A stretch of DNA of 54,189 bases, taken from a virus. Its lineage: Duplodnaviria > Caudoviricetes. Location: positions 1-54,189 of IMG/VR virus record IMGVR_UViG_3300020335_000006; one strand, written 5' to 3'. Positions 1 to 9,509 of this stretch are shown here, piece after piece. A model generated the notes under the pieces. The model did not search any database, was not told where the DNA came from, and saw only the letters and a program-made list of their open reading frames with translations. Numbering within the stretch: the stretch's first letter is position 1; each line of letters starts with the position of its first letter. A program made the position numbers and the translations under genes.

Positions 1-1176
1 AAGCCCGAAGACGACCTTACAAGGGATGAAATGCAAATCTTAGCGGACCATTATTCAATGATGTCCGCTAAGTTTACCGCGTATGAACAGGCTGTTAAAG
101 TAACTCTTAACTCGATTTATGGTGCATTTGGTAATAAGTGGTTTCACTTTTTTAATATAGACATTGCAGAATCTATTACATTACAAGGACAGAACGCAAT
201 TCTATATTCTGAAAAGATTCTTAATAAATATTTTCAAGAGTTTTGGCCTAAAGATAAAGTGGTCCATGAACACTTTAATATTTCTATTAAGAATAAATTA
301 GTAAGACCGTCCGTAGTTTATATTGATACTGATTCATGTTACGTTCAGTTCGAAGAAATGTATGAATCTATCGAATGGCTAGGAGATAATAAACTACCAA
401 TTGATAAGTTTATTATGGAATTGTATACGTTCAGAATCAAAGACTATATTACAAAATGTATGGCAAAGTATGCTGAAGTTACGAATACTGACAACTTCTT
501 ATACTTTGATTTAGAAACAATTGCATATTCAGGAATATGGTTAGCTAAAAAGAAATATTTACAAGACATTGCATGGGAAGATAAGCTTGAAATAGACGAC
601 AGATACCCCTCTCTTAAGAAGATTAAGACAATCGGTTTCGATACTATTCAATCATCTACTCCTACATTGGCGAGAAAGCATTTGACCGAAGCTCTTAAAT
701 TGATTTTATCTGAAAAGCCAACTGCAGAGATGTTAAGTAGATTAGTTTCTTTTTTGAAAACATCAAAGAAAGAATTTAAGATGTCTAACGTTGACGAAAT
801 AGCCTTTAATAAAAGAACTAACAATATCGAAAAATACATCGTAGATGATACTATAGAATTCCAGTATGGTTTAAAGTGTCCTCCGAATGTTAAAGCAGCT
901 GGATTTTATAACTTCTTAATGAATCAGAATCCAAAATACAAAAACAAATACAAGATGATTGGTAATGGCGAAAAGCTAAAATTATATCATTGTAAACATA
1001 ATACATGCGAAATGTATGCATATCAGCCAGGGGCACATCCTTACGAAATTGCCCCCACTGTTGATTATGAAACACAATTTGAAAAATCTGTAATAGATCC
1101 TATCAATAGAGTGTTGTCTTCCGTGGGTCTTCAAAGGCTAAACAGGAACTTAATATATTCGTCATCATTATTCTAA
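1..1176 (+). CDS. Family B DNA polymerase (T4 gp43-like), C-terminal part; frame open at window edge
   Basis: Motif B KVTLNSIYG, motif C YIDTDS, KKKY motif; frame has no stop back to base 1 (KPEDDLTRDE before the listed Met). Confidence 0.93.
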   Translation, partial: KPEDDLTRDEMQILADHYSMMSAKFTAYEQAVKVTLNSIYGAFGNKWFHFFNIDIAESITLQGQNAILYSEKILNKYFQEFWPKDKVVHEHFNISIKNKLVRPSVVYIDTDSCYVQFEEMYESIEWLGDNKLPIDKFIMELYTFRIKDYITKCMAKYAEVTNTDNFLYFDLETIAYSGIWLAKKKYLQDIAWEDKLEIDDRYPSLKKIKTIGFDTIQSSTPTLARKHLTEALKLILSEKPTAEMLSRLVSFLKTSKKEFKMSNVDEIAFNKRTNNIEKYIVDDTIEFQYGLKCPPNVKAAGFYNFLMNQNPKYKNKYKMIGNGEKLKLYHCKHNTCEMYAYQPGAHPYEIAPTVDYETQFEKSVIDPINRVLSSVGLQRLNRNLIYSSSLF

Positions 1177-1187
1177 AAATAAACAAA

Positions 1188-1373
1188 ATGGATTTTAAAG
1201 GTAAAATAATAGAAATGGTTGAACAAACTCCTAATAATTACGAATTAGGAGATAAGCTAAGAAAAATGGTTTGGCCCTTAATTTTTAAAGAAAAAGAAAT
1301 TATACAAGACACTAATCAAATTAGTATCTTTGACGAAATAAAAGAAAGAAAGAAAGATGCTAGATCCAACTAA
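1188..1373 (+). CDS. Hypothetical protein
   Basis: 61 aa ORF tightly packed in operon with A-rich leader. Confidence 0.65.
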   Translation: MDFKGKIIEMVEQTPNNYELGDKLRKMVWPLIFKEKEIIQDTNQISIFDEIKERKKDARSN

Positions 1374-1545
1374 TCTTACAGAAGAACAGAACGAATTTGT
1401 TGTAAAATACAAAACACTATATAATAGACTAGTTTCTCTTCAAGAAAAAATGGATTCTATAAAGAAAGAATCCGATGTTCTTATTAAAGAACTTGAAACA
1501 CTAAGAAAACAAGAAAAAAACATATTTAAAAATGGCAAAAAATAA
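1357..1545 (+). CDS. Small coiled-coil hypothetical protein
   Basis: 62 aa ORF overlapping both neighbours; heptad-like pattern. Confidence 0.65.
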   Translation: MLDPTNLTEEQNEFVVKYKTLYNRLVSLQEKMDSIKKESDVLIKELETLRKQEKNIFKNGKK

Positions 1546-2641
1546 AGACTTTACATTCGACGATTTAAATAAGCAATTAGCCGATTTAAATCCACTAGGT
1601 TCCATAATGGAAACCTCAAACTTTTCAAAAGTAACAGATTGGATTCATACTGGTAATTATCACCTGAATGCGTGTGTATCGGGTTCATTATTCAGAGGAT
1701 GGCCAAACAATAGATCTTGTTCCATTGCCGGTCCTTCGGGAACAGGTAAAACTTTTTTAATGTTAAACACAGTAAGAGAGGCAATTTCAAAAGGATATAG
1801 CGTAATTTATTATGATTCTGAAGCCGCTGTCGATAAAGAACAGATGGAAAAGTTTGGAATTGACACTTCTAAGGTAAATTACCAACCTACGAACACTGTT
1901 CAGGATTTTAGAACTTCGGTAACTACGATTACTAAGAAAATGCAGGATGCTAAACGAGAAGGAGGAACAGTACCAAAGGTCATGATTATTTTAGATTCTG
2001 CTGGTAATCTCGCAACAGCAAAGGAAATAGCAGATGCGGCAAGTGGTTCTGATAAATCAGATATGACAAGATCGAAAGTTCTTAAATCTATATTTAGAAT
2101 TATAATGACACCCTTGGCAGATCTTAAAATTCCATTTTTATTTACAAATCACACATATCAATCACAGTCCTTCATACCTATGCAAATAGCAGGTGGAGGA
2201 ACTGGACCTGCATACGCAGCATCAATTGTATTAATGTTAAATAAAGCTCAATTAAAGGATGGTGCAGAAAAGGTCGGTATTATTGTTACCGCTAAGCCTG
2301 ATAAAAATAGATTTGCAAAACCCCATCCTATCAAGTTTCACTTGAATTTCACGGAAGGTATGAACCCTTATGTTGGATTAGAACAATATGCAACATGGGA
2401 TATTTGTGGAATCACCAGAGGAAATATTGTAAAAGGAGAAAAGATTCCAAAGGCAACTTCCAGAACATGGATATGCGATCACCTCGATACAGTTGTTTCA
2501 AACAAAGATTTCTTCTCTGAAAGAGTATTTACACAGACAGTATTAGAAAAAATAGAAAAACACATAGAGCCTATATTTAACTATAACTCTGAAATAGCTG
2601 ACATTGATGTTGAAGAAATGTTAGAAGATACCGAAGCATAA
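1532..2641 (+). CDS. uvsX: RecA-like recombinase (UvsX)
   Basis: Walker A GPSGTGKT, YYDSE, IILDSAGNL, NHTY and GGG motifs typical of UvsX. Confidence 0.92.
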   Translation: MAKNKDFTFDDLNKQLADLNPLGSIMETSNFSKVTDWIHTGNYHLNACVSGSLFRGWPNNRSCSIAGPSGTGKTFLMLNTVREAISKGYSVIYYDSEAAVDKEQMEKFGIDTSKVNYQPTNTVQDFRTSVTTITKKMQDAKREGGTVPKVMIILDSAGNLATAKEIADAASGSDKSDMTRSKVLKSIFRIIMTPLADLKIPFLFTNHTYQSQSFIPMQIAGGGTGPAYAASIVLMLNKAQLKDGAEKVGIIVTAKPDKNRFAKPHPIKFHLNFTEGMNPYVGLEQYATWDICGITRGNIVKGEKIPKATSRTWICDHLDTVVSNKDFFSERVFTQTVLEKIEKHIEPIFNYNSEIADIDVEEMLEDTEA

Positions 2642-2952
2642 TGAAACTGAATATAAATAAAATAGACGAAAATAAGCTTCCTATTAAATATATTTTAGGA
2701 ATTCAAGAAGAATTGGATTCCTTTCCAGGTGCATTAGACATTATGCACATATTTATAACCAGAGCAGTGAGGCAGCCTGAAAGGCAAAAGGCGTCATTTA
2801 CTAAACACGCTCTTAATATGTATTTTGCAAAAGGAAAAGAAGAAAACGTAGATTTAGGATTAGATGAAGCTCTTACTATGGGATTAATCGAACAAACAAA
2901 TTCTACTGAAGGCAAAGAAGCCTATTCTATAAAAATAAACCCATTCCAATGA
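2641..2952 (+). CDS. Hypothetical protein
   Basis: 103 aa ORF coupled to neighbours by stop/start overlaps. Confidence 0.7.
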   Translation: MKLNINKIDENKLPIKYILGIQEELDSFPGALDIMHIFITRAVRQPERQKASFTKHALNMYFAKGKEENVDLGLDEALTMGLIEQTNSTEGKEAYSIKINPFQ

Positions 2953-3530
2953 TAACAGTATTTGACAATTTTATTAAAGACGAAAAGCTATTAAAAGACA
3001 TAGCTAACGATGAAACATTTTTCCAAGACCCAGGCGTATATTACTACTGGAAAGGATGGTGGGAAAATGACAATGCAGAATCTTCAGTTAAGAAGAGAAT
3101 CATAGAAAATGTATGGAGACACAATTATCCATTAAGTAACATATATGATATTAATGGTTTTGAATATTGGACAGGAGTTCAAGAGGCAGATCCAAATGGT
3201 AAATTTAGAGATTATTTAGAAATGCACTATGACGATGATGTAGAATATAGACAGGCTACTGGGAATCGAATGTCTCCTACAATTGGATGTGTTTATTACC
3301 CAGCTGGGTCCGAATTCACAGGAGGAGCACTTAATATATTTACAGAAGGAGAAGATAAGCCATCGGACACTATATTATGCAGACCGAATAGATTAATAAT
3401 ATTTGACGCAGGCCACGTACCACATAGGGTAGATAAAGTTTTAACTGGAACAAGAAGAGCAATGGCTTTTAATTTATGGGAAAATGAACCATGGTCAAAT
3501 GTTAATGGTCATTTTGCATCAGAACAATAG
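2949..3530 (+). CDS. 2OG-Fe(II) oxygenase (prolyl-4-hydroxylase-like)
   Basis: HYD...GGAL...PNRLIIF...H.V...R pattern (HxD...H triad and 2OG-binding Arg). Confidence 0.8.
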   Translation: MITVFDNFIKDEKLLKDIANDETFFQDPGVYYYWKGWWENDNAESSVKKRIIENVWRHNYPLSNIYDINGFEYWTGVQEADPNGKFRDYLEMHYDDDVEYRQATGNRMSPTIGCVYYPAGSEFTGGALNIFTEGEDKPSDTILCRPNRLIIFDAGHVPHRVDKVLTGTRRAMAFNLWENEPWSNVNGHFASEQ

Positions 3531-3534
3531 GTTT

Positions 3535-3561
3535 TAAACTAATTCAAATTATCTTATATAA
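3535..3561 (+). promoter_or_regulatory. Class II (putative middle) promoter TAAAC-N17-TATAA
   Basis: Matches motif seen at 10 intergenic sites; upstream of helicase. Confidence 0.65.
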
Positions 3562-3582
3562 CCTATATAATAAAAAAACCAT

Positions 3583-4896
3583 ATGAAATTCGGACCTGAT
3601 TTTGAAAAAATATTCTTCAAGTTATCTTTACAAAAGCCTAAATACTTATCAAATATTAAAAGAGGTTTTTATACCTCTGAAGATATTGATTTAATACACT
3701 TCCTTGCCACTAAGTTCCATGATAAATTCCATGAAACTCCTTCCAGTGAGCAAATGAAATTACTTATTAAAAATGACAAGTTAGCAGGAAAGGTTGAAGA
3801 GTCTATTATAGATATTGTATATAACGTAGACTTAGATCAATATGACGAAGAATGGTTAACCTCTACGGCCGAAGCATGGATTAAATGGCGTAACTTTGAT
3901 AATACTCTTATCGATACCATTGAGTATATTAAAACGACTGAAGTAACACCCGATAATGCAGACTCGATCATCTCTAAGGTTAAAACTTTAATTAATGATA
4001 GAAACTCTATCGTATTTAACTCTGACCTAGGATTAGACTTCTTTAAACCGGAGGACCACTCCTTCGAAGACGCGGTTAAAGTATCTACTGGATATAACTT
4101 TTTAGATCGAGCGCTGAATGGTGGCTATGATAAAGATGGTTCTTTAGTAGTTTATGTAGGTGAACAAAACATCGGTAAATCAATTTACCTTGCCAATGAT
4201 GCAGCTAATTTTGTAAAAATGGGAACAAACACAGCTGTGATTACCGCGGAAATGTCAGCCATTAAATTTATGAAAAGAATAGGTTCTAATTTATTAAGCA
4301 TAAACATTTCAGAATATGAAGAAAAATCTAAAAATTCTGATTTAATTAAAAGAAAATTAGAAACAGTAGGAGATGGTTTCACTCCTCCTGGACAATTATT
4401 CGTAAAGCAAATGCCAACATCACAGGCGACAGTTCCTGATATTGAAGCATACTTGAAGCAAATTGAAGAAGAAAGAAAAATAAAATTAGGTGCAATAGTT
4501 ATTGACTATATTAATATTCTTTCTAATTTTAGAAATCCTAACTCTGAAAACACGTATATGAAGATCAAGCAGATTGCAGAAGATCTTAGAGCAATGGGTG
4601 TAAGAAACGGATGGTTAATAGTAACAGCAACACAAATTACAAGAAACGGTTATAATTCAAGCGATATTACAATGAATGACGTTGCAGAATCTGCAGGTCT
4701 ATCACATACTGCAGATATCATGCTTGGTATTATACAAGACGATATGATGAGAGCCAGTTATGAATACTGGCTTAAAATATTGAAAATACGAGACGGTGAA
4801 GGTAGAGGATCTAAATGTAAATTAGGAATTAATTATAATTTTATGAGACTTACTGAAACCGACGAAATTACTAATTCAAACATACACAGCCTATAA
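3583..4896 (+). CDS. Replicative DnaB-like helicase (T4 gp41-like)
   Basis: STGY..LD..LNGG, Walker A GEQNIGKS, ITAEM, VIDYINI, ATQITR, AESAGL. Confidence 0.93.
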   Translation: MKFGPDFEKIFFKLSLQKPKYLSNIKRGFYTSEDIDLIHFLATKFHDKFHETPSSEQMKLLIKNDKLAGKVEESIIDIVYNVDLDQYDEEWLTSTAEAWIKWRNFDNTLIDTIEYIKTTEVTPDNADSIISKVKTLINDRNSIVFNSDLGLDFFKPEDHSFEDAVKVSTGYNFLDRALNGGYDKDGSLVVYVGEQNIGKSIYLANDAANFVKMGTNTAVITAEMSAIKFMKRIGSNLLSINISEYEEKSKNSDLIKRKLETVGDGFTPPGQLFVKQMPTSQATVPDIEAYLKQIEEERKIKLGAIVIDYINILSNFRNPNSENTYMKIKQIAEDLRAMGVRNGWLIVTATQITRNGYNSSDITMNDVAESAGLSHTADIMLGIIQDDMMRASYEYWLKILKIRDGEGRGSKCKLGINYNFMRLTETDEITNSNIHSL

Positions 4897-4898
4897 TT

Positions 4899-5345
4899 AT
4901 GAGAACTAAAAGAGATAAAATATTCGACAATACTTTCGATGATGGAGGAGACTTTGAATTAAATGGAACTATTTCATTCAATCTTAACCCACAGTACACG
5001 GACAACAGAGATGAAGAAGATAAAATAGAAAGTACGCAAATTAGAAATAAAATTCATGAATTAATTGAAGCTTCTAGATTTAAGAAGTTTAATGAAGTAG
5101 ATGAATTCCAGCAAATAACAAAGTTAAGAAAATTAGACATAAACGAAGTGTATGGATTCATGTATGACGAGTTAAGTGCAAAGTTTTCTATAATAGATTT
5201 ATTTTCAGAATTATGCGATTACTTTAATATCAATCCAACTAAATTTTATTCTTCACTAAGTAACAAATATAAGGAAGCCCTTATTCAGGAACTTGACAAG
5301 AAAACAAACGTCTTAAAACGAAAGAACATAAATAAACTTTTCTAA
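4899..5345 (+). CDS. Hypothetical protein, C-terminal half resembles gp33 late-transcription coactivator
   Basis: IIDLFSELCDYFNINPTKFYSSLSNKYKEALIQE resembles the gp33 helical core pattern (by-eye comparison). Confidence 0.45.
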   Translation: MRTKRDKIFDNTFDDGGDFELNGTISFNLNPQYTDNRDEEDKIESTQIRNKIHELIEASRFKKFNEVDEFQQITKLRKLDINEVYGFMYDELSAKFSIIDLFSELCDYFNINPTKFYSSLSNKYKEALIQELDKKTNVLKRKNINKLF

Positions 5346-5346
5346 A

Positions 5347-6462
5347 ATGATAGATCCGAAGGTATTAGAGAAACCAGTAAATAGAATCTGGATTCTCGGA
5401 GATATGCACCTTGGAGTTCGTTCTAATTCTCTTGAATGGTTACAGACACAGAAGGATTTTTACGAAAACCAATTTATTCCAACTCTAAAGCGAGATGTCA
5501 AAGAAGGTGACATTTTAGTTCAGGTTGGAGATGCATTTGATAATAGACAAAGTATAAACTTAAGAGTTCTACACTATGCCGTGGATCTTTTTGAAAGATT
5601 AGGTGAAATTCTACCTGTTCATGTTATATGTGGTAATCACGATATATGGGCTAAAAAATCTAATGATGTAAGTTCAATAGATTCTTTAAAATGGATTCCC
5701 AATGTAGCAGTATATAAAGAACCCAAAGAACTTAAATGGGGAGGAAAGAAAGTTCTCTTAATGCCATGGAGAAGAGATACCGAACACGAAGCAGAAACGC
5801 TTTCACAATTTCCAAATTCAGATATTGTATTTTGTCATTCTGAAGTTTCAGGGGTTTCTTTAAATTCTAAAGTTAAAAATCACCATGGAACAGATACTAT
5901 TTCTTATAAAAATTACGATGCAGTTTATTCTGGACATATTCACTATAGACAAACTAAAGGAAAACTAAGACTAGTCGGAACTCCTTATGAATTAACAAGA
6001 TCTGATTCGGGTAACACTAAGGGCTTTGATATGGTTGATCTGGGAACCATGGAAGAAACCTTTTACGAAAATACTATATCACCTAAGTTCGTAAAGCTTT
6101 ATCTTACAAGTCTTTATAATGTTTCTCTAGGCGACTTCAAGGACATGATAAAAAATAATTATGTAGATTTATACGTTCCTTCTAATATTGCAACTACCAG
6201 TGCATTATCCAGATTAATAAACAAAGTACAAAAAATAAGTAGAAGAATAGAACCAAACATATATGAGCAAGATTCATTCCTAGATAAGGATCTTTATGAT
6301 ATGGATGAAATAGAAGATCTCTATAAAAACTATAACATTCTACATCTATGCAATACGTTCGTGGATGGTCTACCACATGATGACGAGACTCGAGAAAGAG
6401 TCAAGAATAGTTTAAAAAACTTGCATGATAAATGTGCATATAATTACGACAACGAAGCATGA
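5347..6462 (+). CDS. Recombination endonuclease subunit (gp47, Mre11/SbcD-like)
   Basis: Intact metallophosphoesterase motifs GDMHLG, GDAFD, GNHD, FCH, SGHIH; adjacent to gp46. Confidence 0.92.
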   Translation: MIDPKVLEKPVNRIWILGDMHLGVRSNSLEWLQTQKDFYENQFIPTLKRDVKEGDILVQVGDAFDNRQSINLRVLHYAVDLFERLGEILPVHVICGNHDIWAKKSNDVSSIDSLKWIPNVAVYKEPKELKWGGKKVLLMPWRRDTEHEAETLSQFPNSDIVFCHSEVSGVSLNSKVKNHHGTDTISYKNYDAVYSGHIHYRQTKGKLRLVGTPYELTRSDSGNTKGFDMVDLGTMEETFYENTISPKFVKLYLTSLYNVSLGDFKDMIKNNYVDLYVPSNIATTSALSRLINKVQKISRRIEPNIYEQDSFLDKDLYDMDEIEDLYKNYNILHLCNTFVDGLPHDDETRERVKNSLKNLHDKCAYNYDNEA

Positions 6463-8132
6463 AAATCAAATCAATAGAATTTAAAAACTTTGCATCATAC
6501 GGAAATTCAATTCAAAAGATCGAATTCGAAGATGATAAGGCAGAGTTGCTATTAACTCTTGGTAAAAATGGTCATGGTAAAACCACAATAGCTAATGCAA
6601 TCGTATATGCACTTTATGGTAAAGTTGAAGGCGTTAAGATGGCAGATCTTCCGAATAGAATTAATAAGGAACTATGGGTAAGAATAGAACTTCAATGTAA
6701 GGAGACTATTGTAGAAATTGAAAGAGGTTTAATGCCTAATAGATTTAAAGTTCTTTTAAATGGAATTGAATTTGATAAAGCTGGTAAGAAATCAGTTCAA
6801 GATTATCTAGAAGAAGAGATATTCGGAATTCCTTACCATGTATTTAAAAACATTATAATTTTATCTGTAAATGATTTCAAGTCTTTTTTAACAATGACAA
6901 ATCATGATAAAAGACAGATCATCGATAAGATGTTTGGTTTCTCTATCCTTAATGATATGCAAAAGCAGATTAAAGATGAAAGAAGAGATCTTAAAATAGA
7001 ATTAGATTCTTATGAAAAGGAATTAAGCCAGCTTAGTGAAAACATAATTTCTGTTAATATGAAATTAAATCAATTATTAGCAGAAGCTGACACTAAAAAC
7101 AAAGAAGAAATAGAATCTTTAAAAACTAGTCTTAAAAAATATGATTCTAATAGAATTAAATTAGAAGAGGCAAGCACTAAAGTATCTAATATGATTACTT
7201 CTAATTCTACAGATTTACAAGAAAAGCAATCAAAATATACGACACTTAAGTATGAGTTAGTAGAATTGAAGAAAAAACTAGCTCTCTATGAAACTGATAA
7301 ATGTCCAACATGTGAAGGGGAATTAACATCTTCTTTTCACCAAGAAAGAAAGAAAGAAATTGAGTCTAAGTCTGAATCTCTTCCAGCTGATATCTCAAAT
7401 GCAGAATCAATCGTAAACGATATTAAATCTAACATTACAGATTTAAGAATTAAGGATAGGGCAATTAATGATAAAGTATCTACTATTAATACTAACATTA
7501 GAAATTTAAAGAATGAATTAGTAAAGATAAAGGATTCTTTAAACTCTAATAATGATTTTTCACACTTAAAGCAAATCATTGAAGAATTCGAAACACAAGA
7601 ATCATCAAAGTCAAATTTAAAGGATGAAACTTCCGGTAATTATAATTTCTTAGAAATAATAGAAGAAGTTCTAGGCGAAGATGGTGTTAAGAACCTTGCA
7701 ATCCAAACTATTTTACCAGGTCTTAATGCTAATATTGCTGCGATGGGTCAGACAATGCACCTTCCTTTTCATATAAGGTTTGATGAAAAGTTTAATTGTC
7801 TTATTAATCATTTAGGAGAAGAGATTAATCCACTTACATTATCGACAGGTGAAAGAAAGAAAGCAGATTTCATTATTATTATTGCGATCATTAAAATACT
7901 TAAACTAAGATTTCCACAATTAAATCTTCTTTTCCTAGATGAGTTACTATCATCAGTCGATGCAGATGGAGTTCATAATATTCTTAAAATTTTATCACAG
8001 GTTATTAAAGATAGCAAGATTAATACTTTTGTAATTAACCATTCTGTTCTTCCACATGAGCTATTTGATAAAAAGATACAAATATATAGAGAAAATGGAT
8101 TCTCTAAACTCGATATAGAGGTTATAGAATAA
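6459..8132 (+). CDS. Recombination ATPase subunit (gp46, Rad50/SbcC-like)
   Basis: GKNGHGKT Walker A, coiled coil with CPTC zinc hook, LSTGE signature, LFLDE Walker B. Confidence 0.93.
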   Translation: MKIKSIEFKNFASYGNSIQKIEFEDDKAELLLTLGKNGHGKTTIANAIVYALYGKVEGVKMADLPNRINKELWVRIELQCKETIVEIERGLMPNRFKVLLNGIEFDKAGKKSVQDYLEEEIFGIPYHVFKNIIILSVNDFKSFLTMTNHDKRQIIDKMFGFSILNDMQKQIKDERRDLKIELDSYEKELSQLSENIISVNMKLNQLLAEADTKNKEEIESLKTSLKKYDSNRIKLEEASTKVSNMITSNSTDLQEKQSKYTTLKYELVELKKKLALYETDKCPTCEGELTSSFHQERKKEIESKSESLPADISNAESIVNDIKSNITDLRIKDRAINDKVSTINTNIRNLKNELVKIKDSLNSNNDFSHLKQIIEEFETQESSKSNLKDETSGNYNFLEIIEEVLGEDGVKNLAIQTILPGLNANIAAMGQTMHLPFHIRFDEKFNCLINHLGEEINPLTLSTGERKKADFIIIIAIIKILKLRFPQLNLLFLDELLSSVDADGVHNILKILSQVIKDSKINTFVINHSVLPHELFDKKIQIYRENGFSKLDIEVIE

Positions 8133-8133
8133 A

Positions 8134-8141
8134 GATATATA
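8134..8141 (+). promoter_or_regulatory. Class III (putative late) promoter GATATATA
   Basis: Recurrent motif upstream of structural genes. Confidence 0.6.
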
Positions 8142-8168
8142 AATCAAATAATAATATTTCACTTAAAC

Positions 8169-9506
8169 ATGAATAATAAAATCTTAAAATACGATCAGTA
8201 TTTAAATGAGGCGATGAAAACAGGTTCAATAGAACTTGTAAATCCATCTCTAAATAAAGCAGCTACAATAATCGCAAGATTTGTAAATAAGAAAACAAAA
8301 AAGGATTTCAAAAAGTTTCCATTCGAAATGATAACTGACATGGGTTCTGGGGTAATGTTTTATTCAAGCAAAAGTACAGAAGCATTTATGGTAACTGCAG
8401 CTGCAGCTAAAAATCCAGGTATTGTAGGTTCTATAATCTATTTCTCAGATGCTGCAAACTCTACATCTGATTTTTCTATTTCATCTGAAACATTTCCAAT
8501 TGTTAAATTAGTTGGAGAATTTGTTAGATTAATGGATAAAAAATATATTACATCTATACAAGAGTCAATGTTATTAGAAAGAAGAACTAAAAGAGCATTC
8601 TCTAAAGAAGAAATTAAAATGATTGAAGCTAAATTACAAGCTGGAATGGCGGTTAATAAAATAGCAGACGAATTAGAAGTTCCTTATTCTTCAATCATGA
8701 ATATTAAGAAAGGACAGCAAGTTGCAGTAAAACCTACCGCAGCTGAAACACAAAATGATATGACTCTTAATGATAAGGTGAAATATCTTGAAGAAACAAT
8801 GGAAGATATTTATGAAATATCAAGAAGAGTTGCTGCAGGTGCATTTAACTCTTTATTTATTTCTGGTAGAGCAGGTACTGGTAAAACATATAATGTAGAA
8901 AGAGCAATGAAAGATGAAGGTCTTGTTGACGAAGAAGATTACGTTATGGTTTCAGGTGCAGCATCTGTTATTATGATGTATAAGAAATTCTATCAATATA
9001 GAAATAAGACATTAATCTTTGATGATTGTGATGCAGTATTCAGAGATGAGAATGGTAGAAACTTAATGAAAGCCGCACTAGATACAAAGAAAGTAAGAAA
9101 AGTCTCTTATTTAAAAAAGACTAAAGCGGTATACGATCCTAAAGACGTAAGTCCTGAAGAAGCATTCAACTTAGAAGAAAGCGGAGTTGTTCCTAATTCA
9201 TTTGAATTTGCAGGAAGAGTAATCTTCATTTCTAACTTAGAAAAAGAAAAGGCAGATCCAGATGGAGCTATTAGATCTAGATCCATTTTAGTAGATGTAA
9301 ATCCAGACGATGCAACCCTAATGGAAAGAATGGAAAGGCTATTGCCTCATTTGGAACCTACTGAGATGCCACTTAAGGAAAAAGAAGAAATCTACGAATT
9401 CATGAAAAATGCAAACGATATTTCTATGAGAACATTCGTTAAAGCAGCTGGTTTAAAAATGTCCGGTTTACCAAACTGGCAAAGAGCAGCGACAAGATAC
9501 TTATAA
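8169..9506 (+). CDS. AAA+ ATPase with central HTH-like segment and capsid-targeting-like N-terminus
   Basis: GRAGTGKT Walker A, LIFDDCD Walker B, FISN sensor 1, AIRSR arginine finger; HTH-like AVNKIADELEVPYSSIMNIK; N-term KILKYDQYLNE. Confidence 0.8.
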   Translation: MNNKILKYDQYLNEAMKTGSIELVNPSLNKAATIIARFVNKKTKKDFKKFPFEMITDMGSGVMFYSSKSTEAFMVTAAAAKNPGIVGSIIYFSDAANSTSDFSISSETFPIVKLVGEFVRLMDKKYITSIQESMLLERRTKRAFSKEEIKMIEAKLQAGMAVNKIADELEVPYSSIMNIKKGQQVAVKPTAAETQNDMTLNDKVKYLEETMEDIYEISRRVAAGAFNSLFISGRAGTGKTYNVERAMKDEGLVDEEDYVMVSGAASVIMMYKKFYQYRNKTLIFDDCDAVFRDENGRNLMKAALDTKKVRKVSYLKKTKAVYDPKDVSPEEAFNLEESGVVPNSFEFAGRVIFISNLEKEKADPDGAIRSRSILVDVNPDDATLMERMERLLPHLEPTEMPLKEKEEIYEFMKNANDISMRTFVKAAGLKMSGLPNWQRAATRYL

Positions 9507-9509
9507 TAA

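Noticed and set aside
1-1176. Split DNA polymerase gene (only motifs B and C present)
   Set aside because: The frame is open to base 1, so window truncation explains it; a real split cannot be judged without upstream sequence
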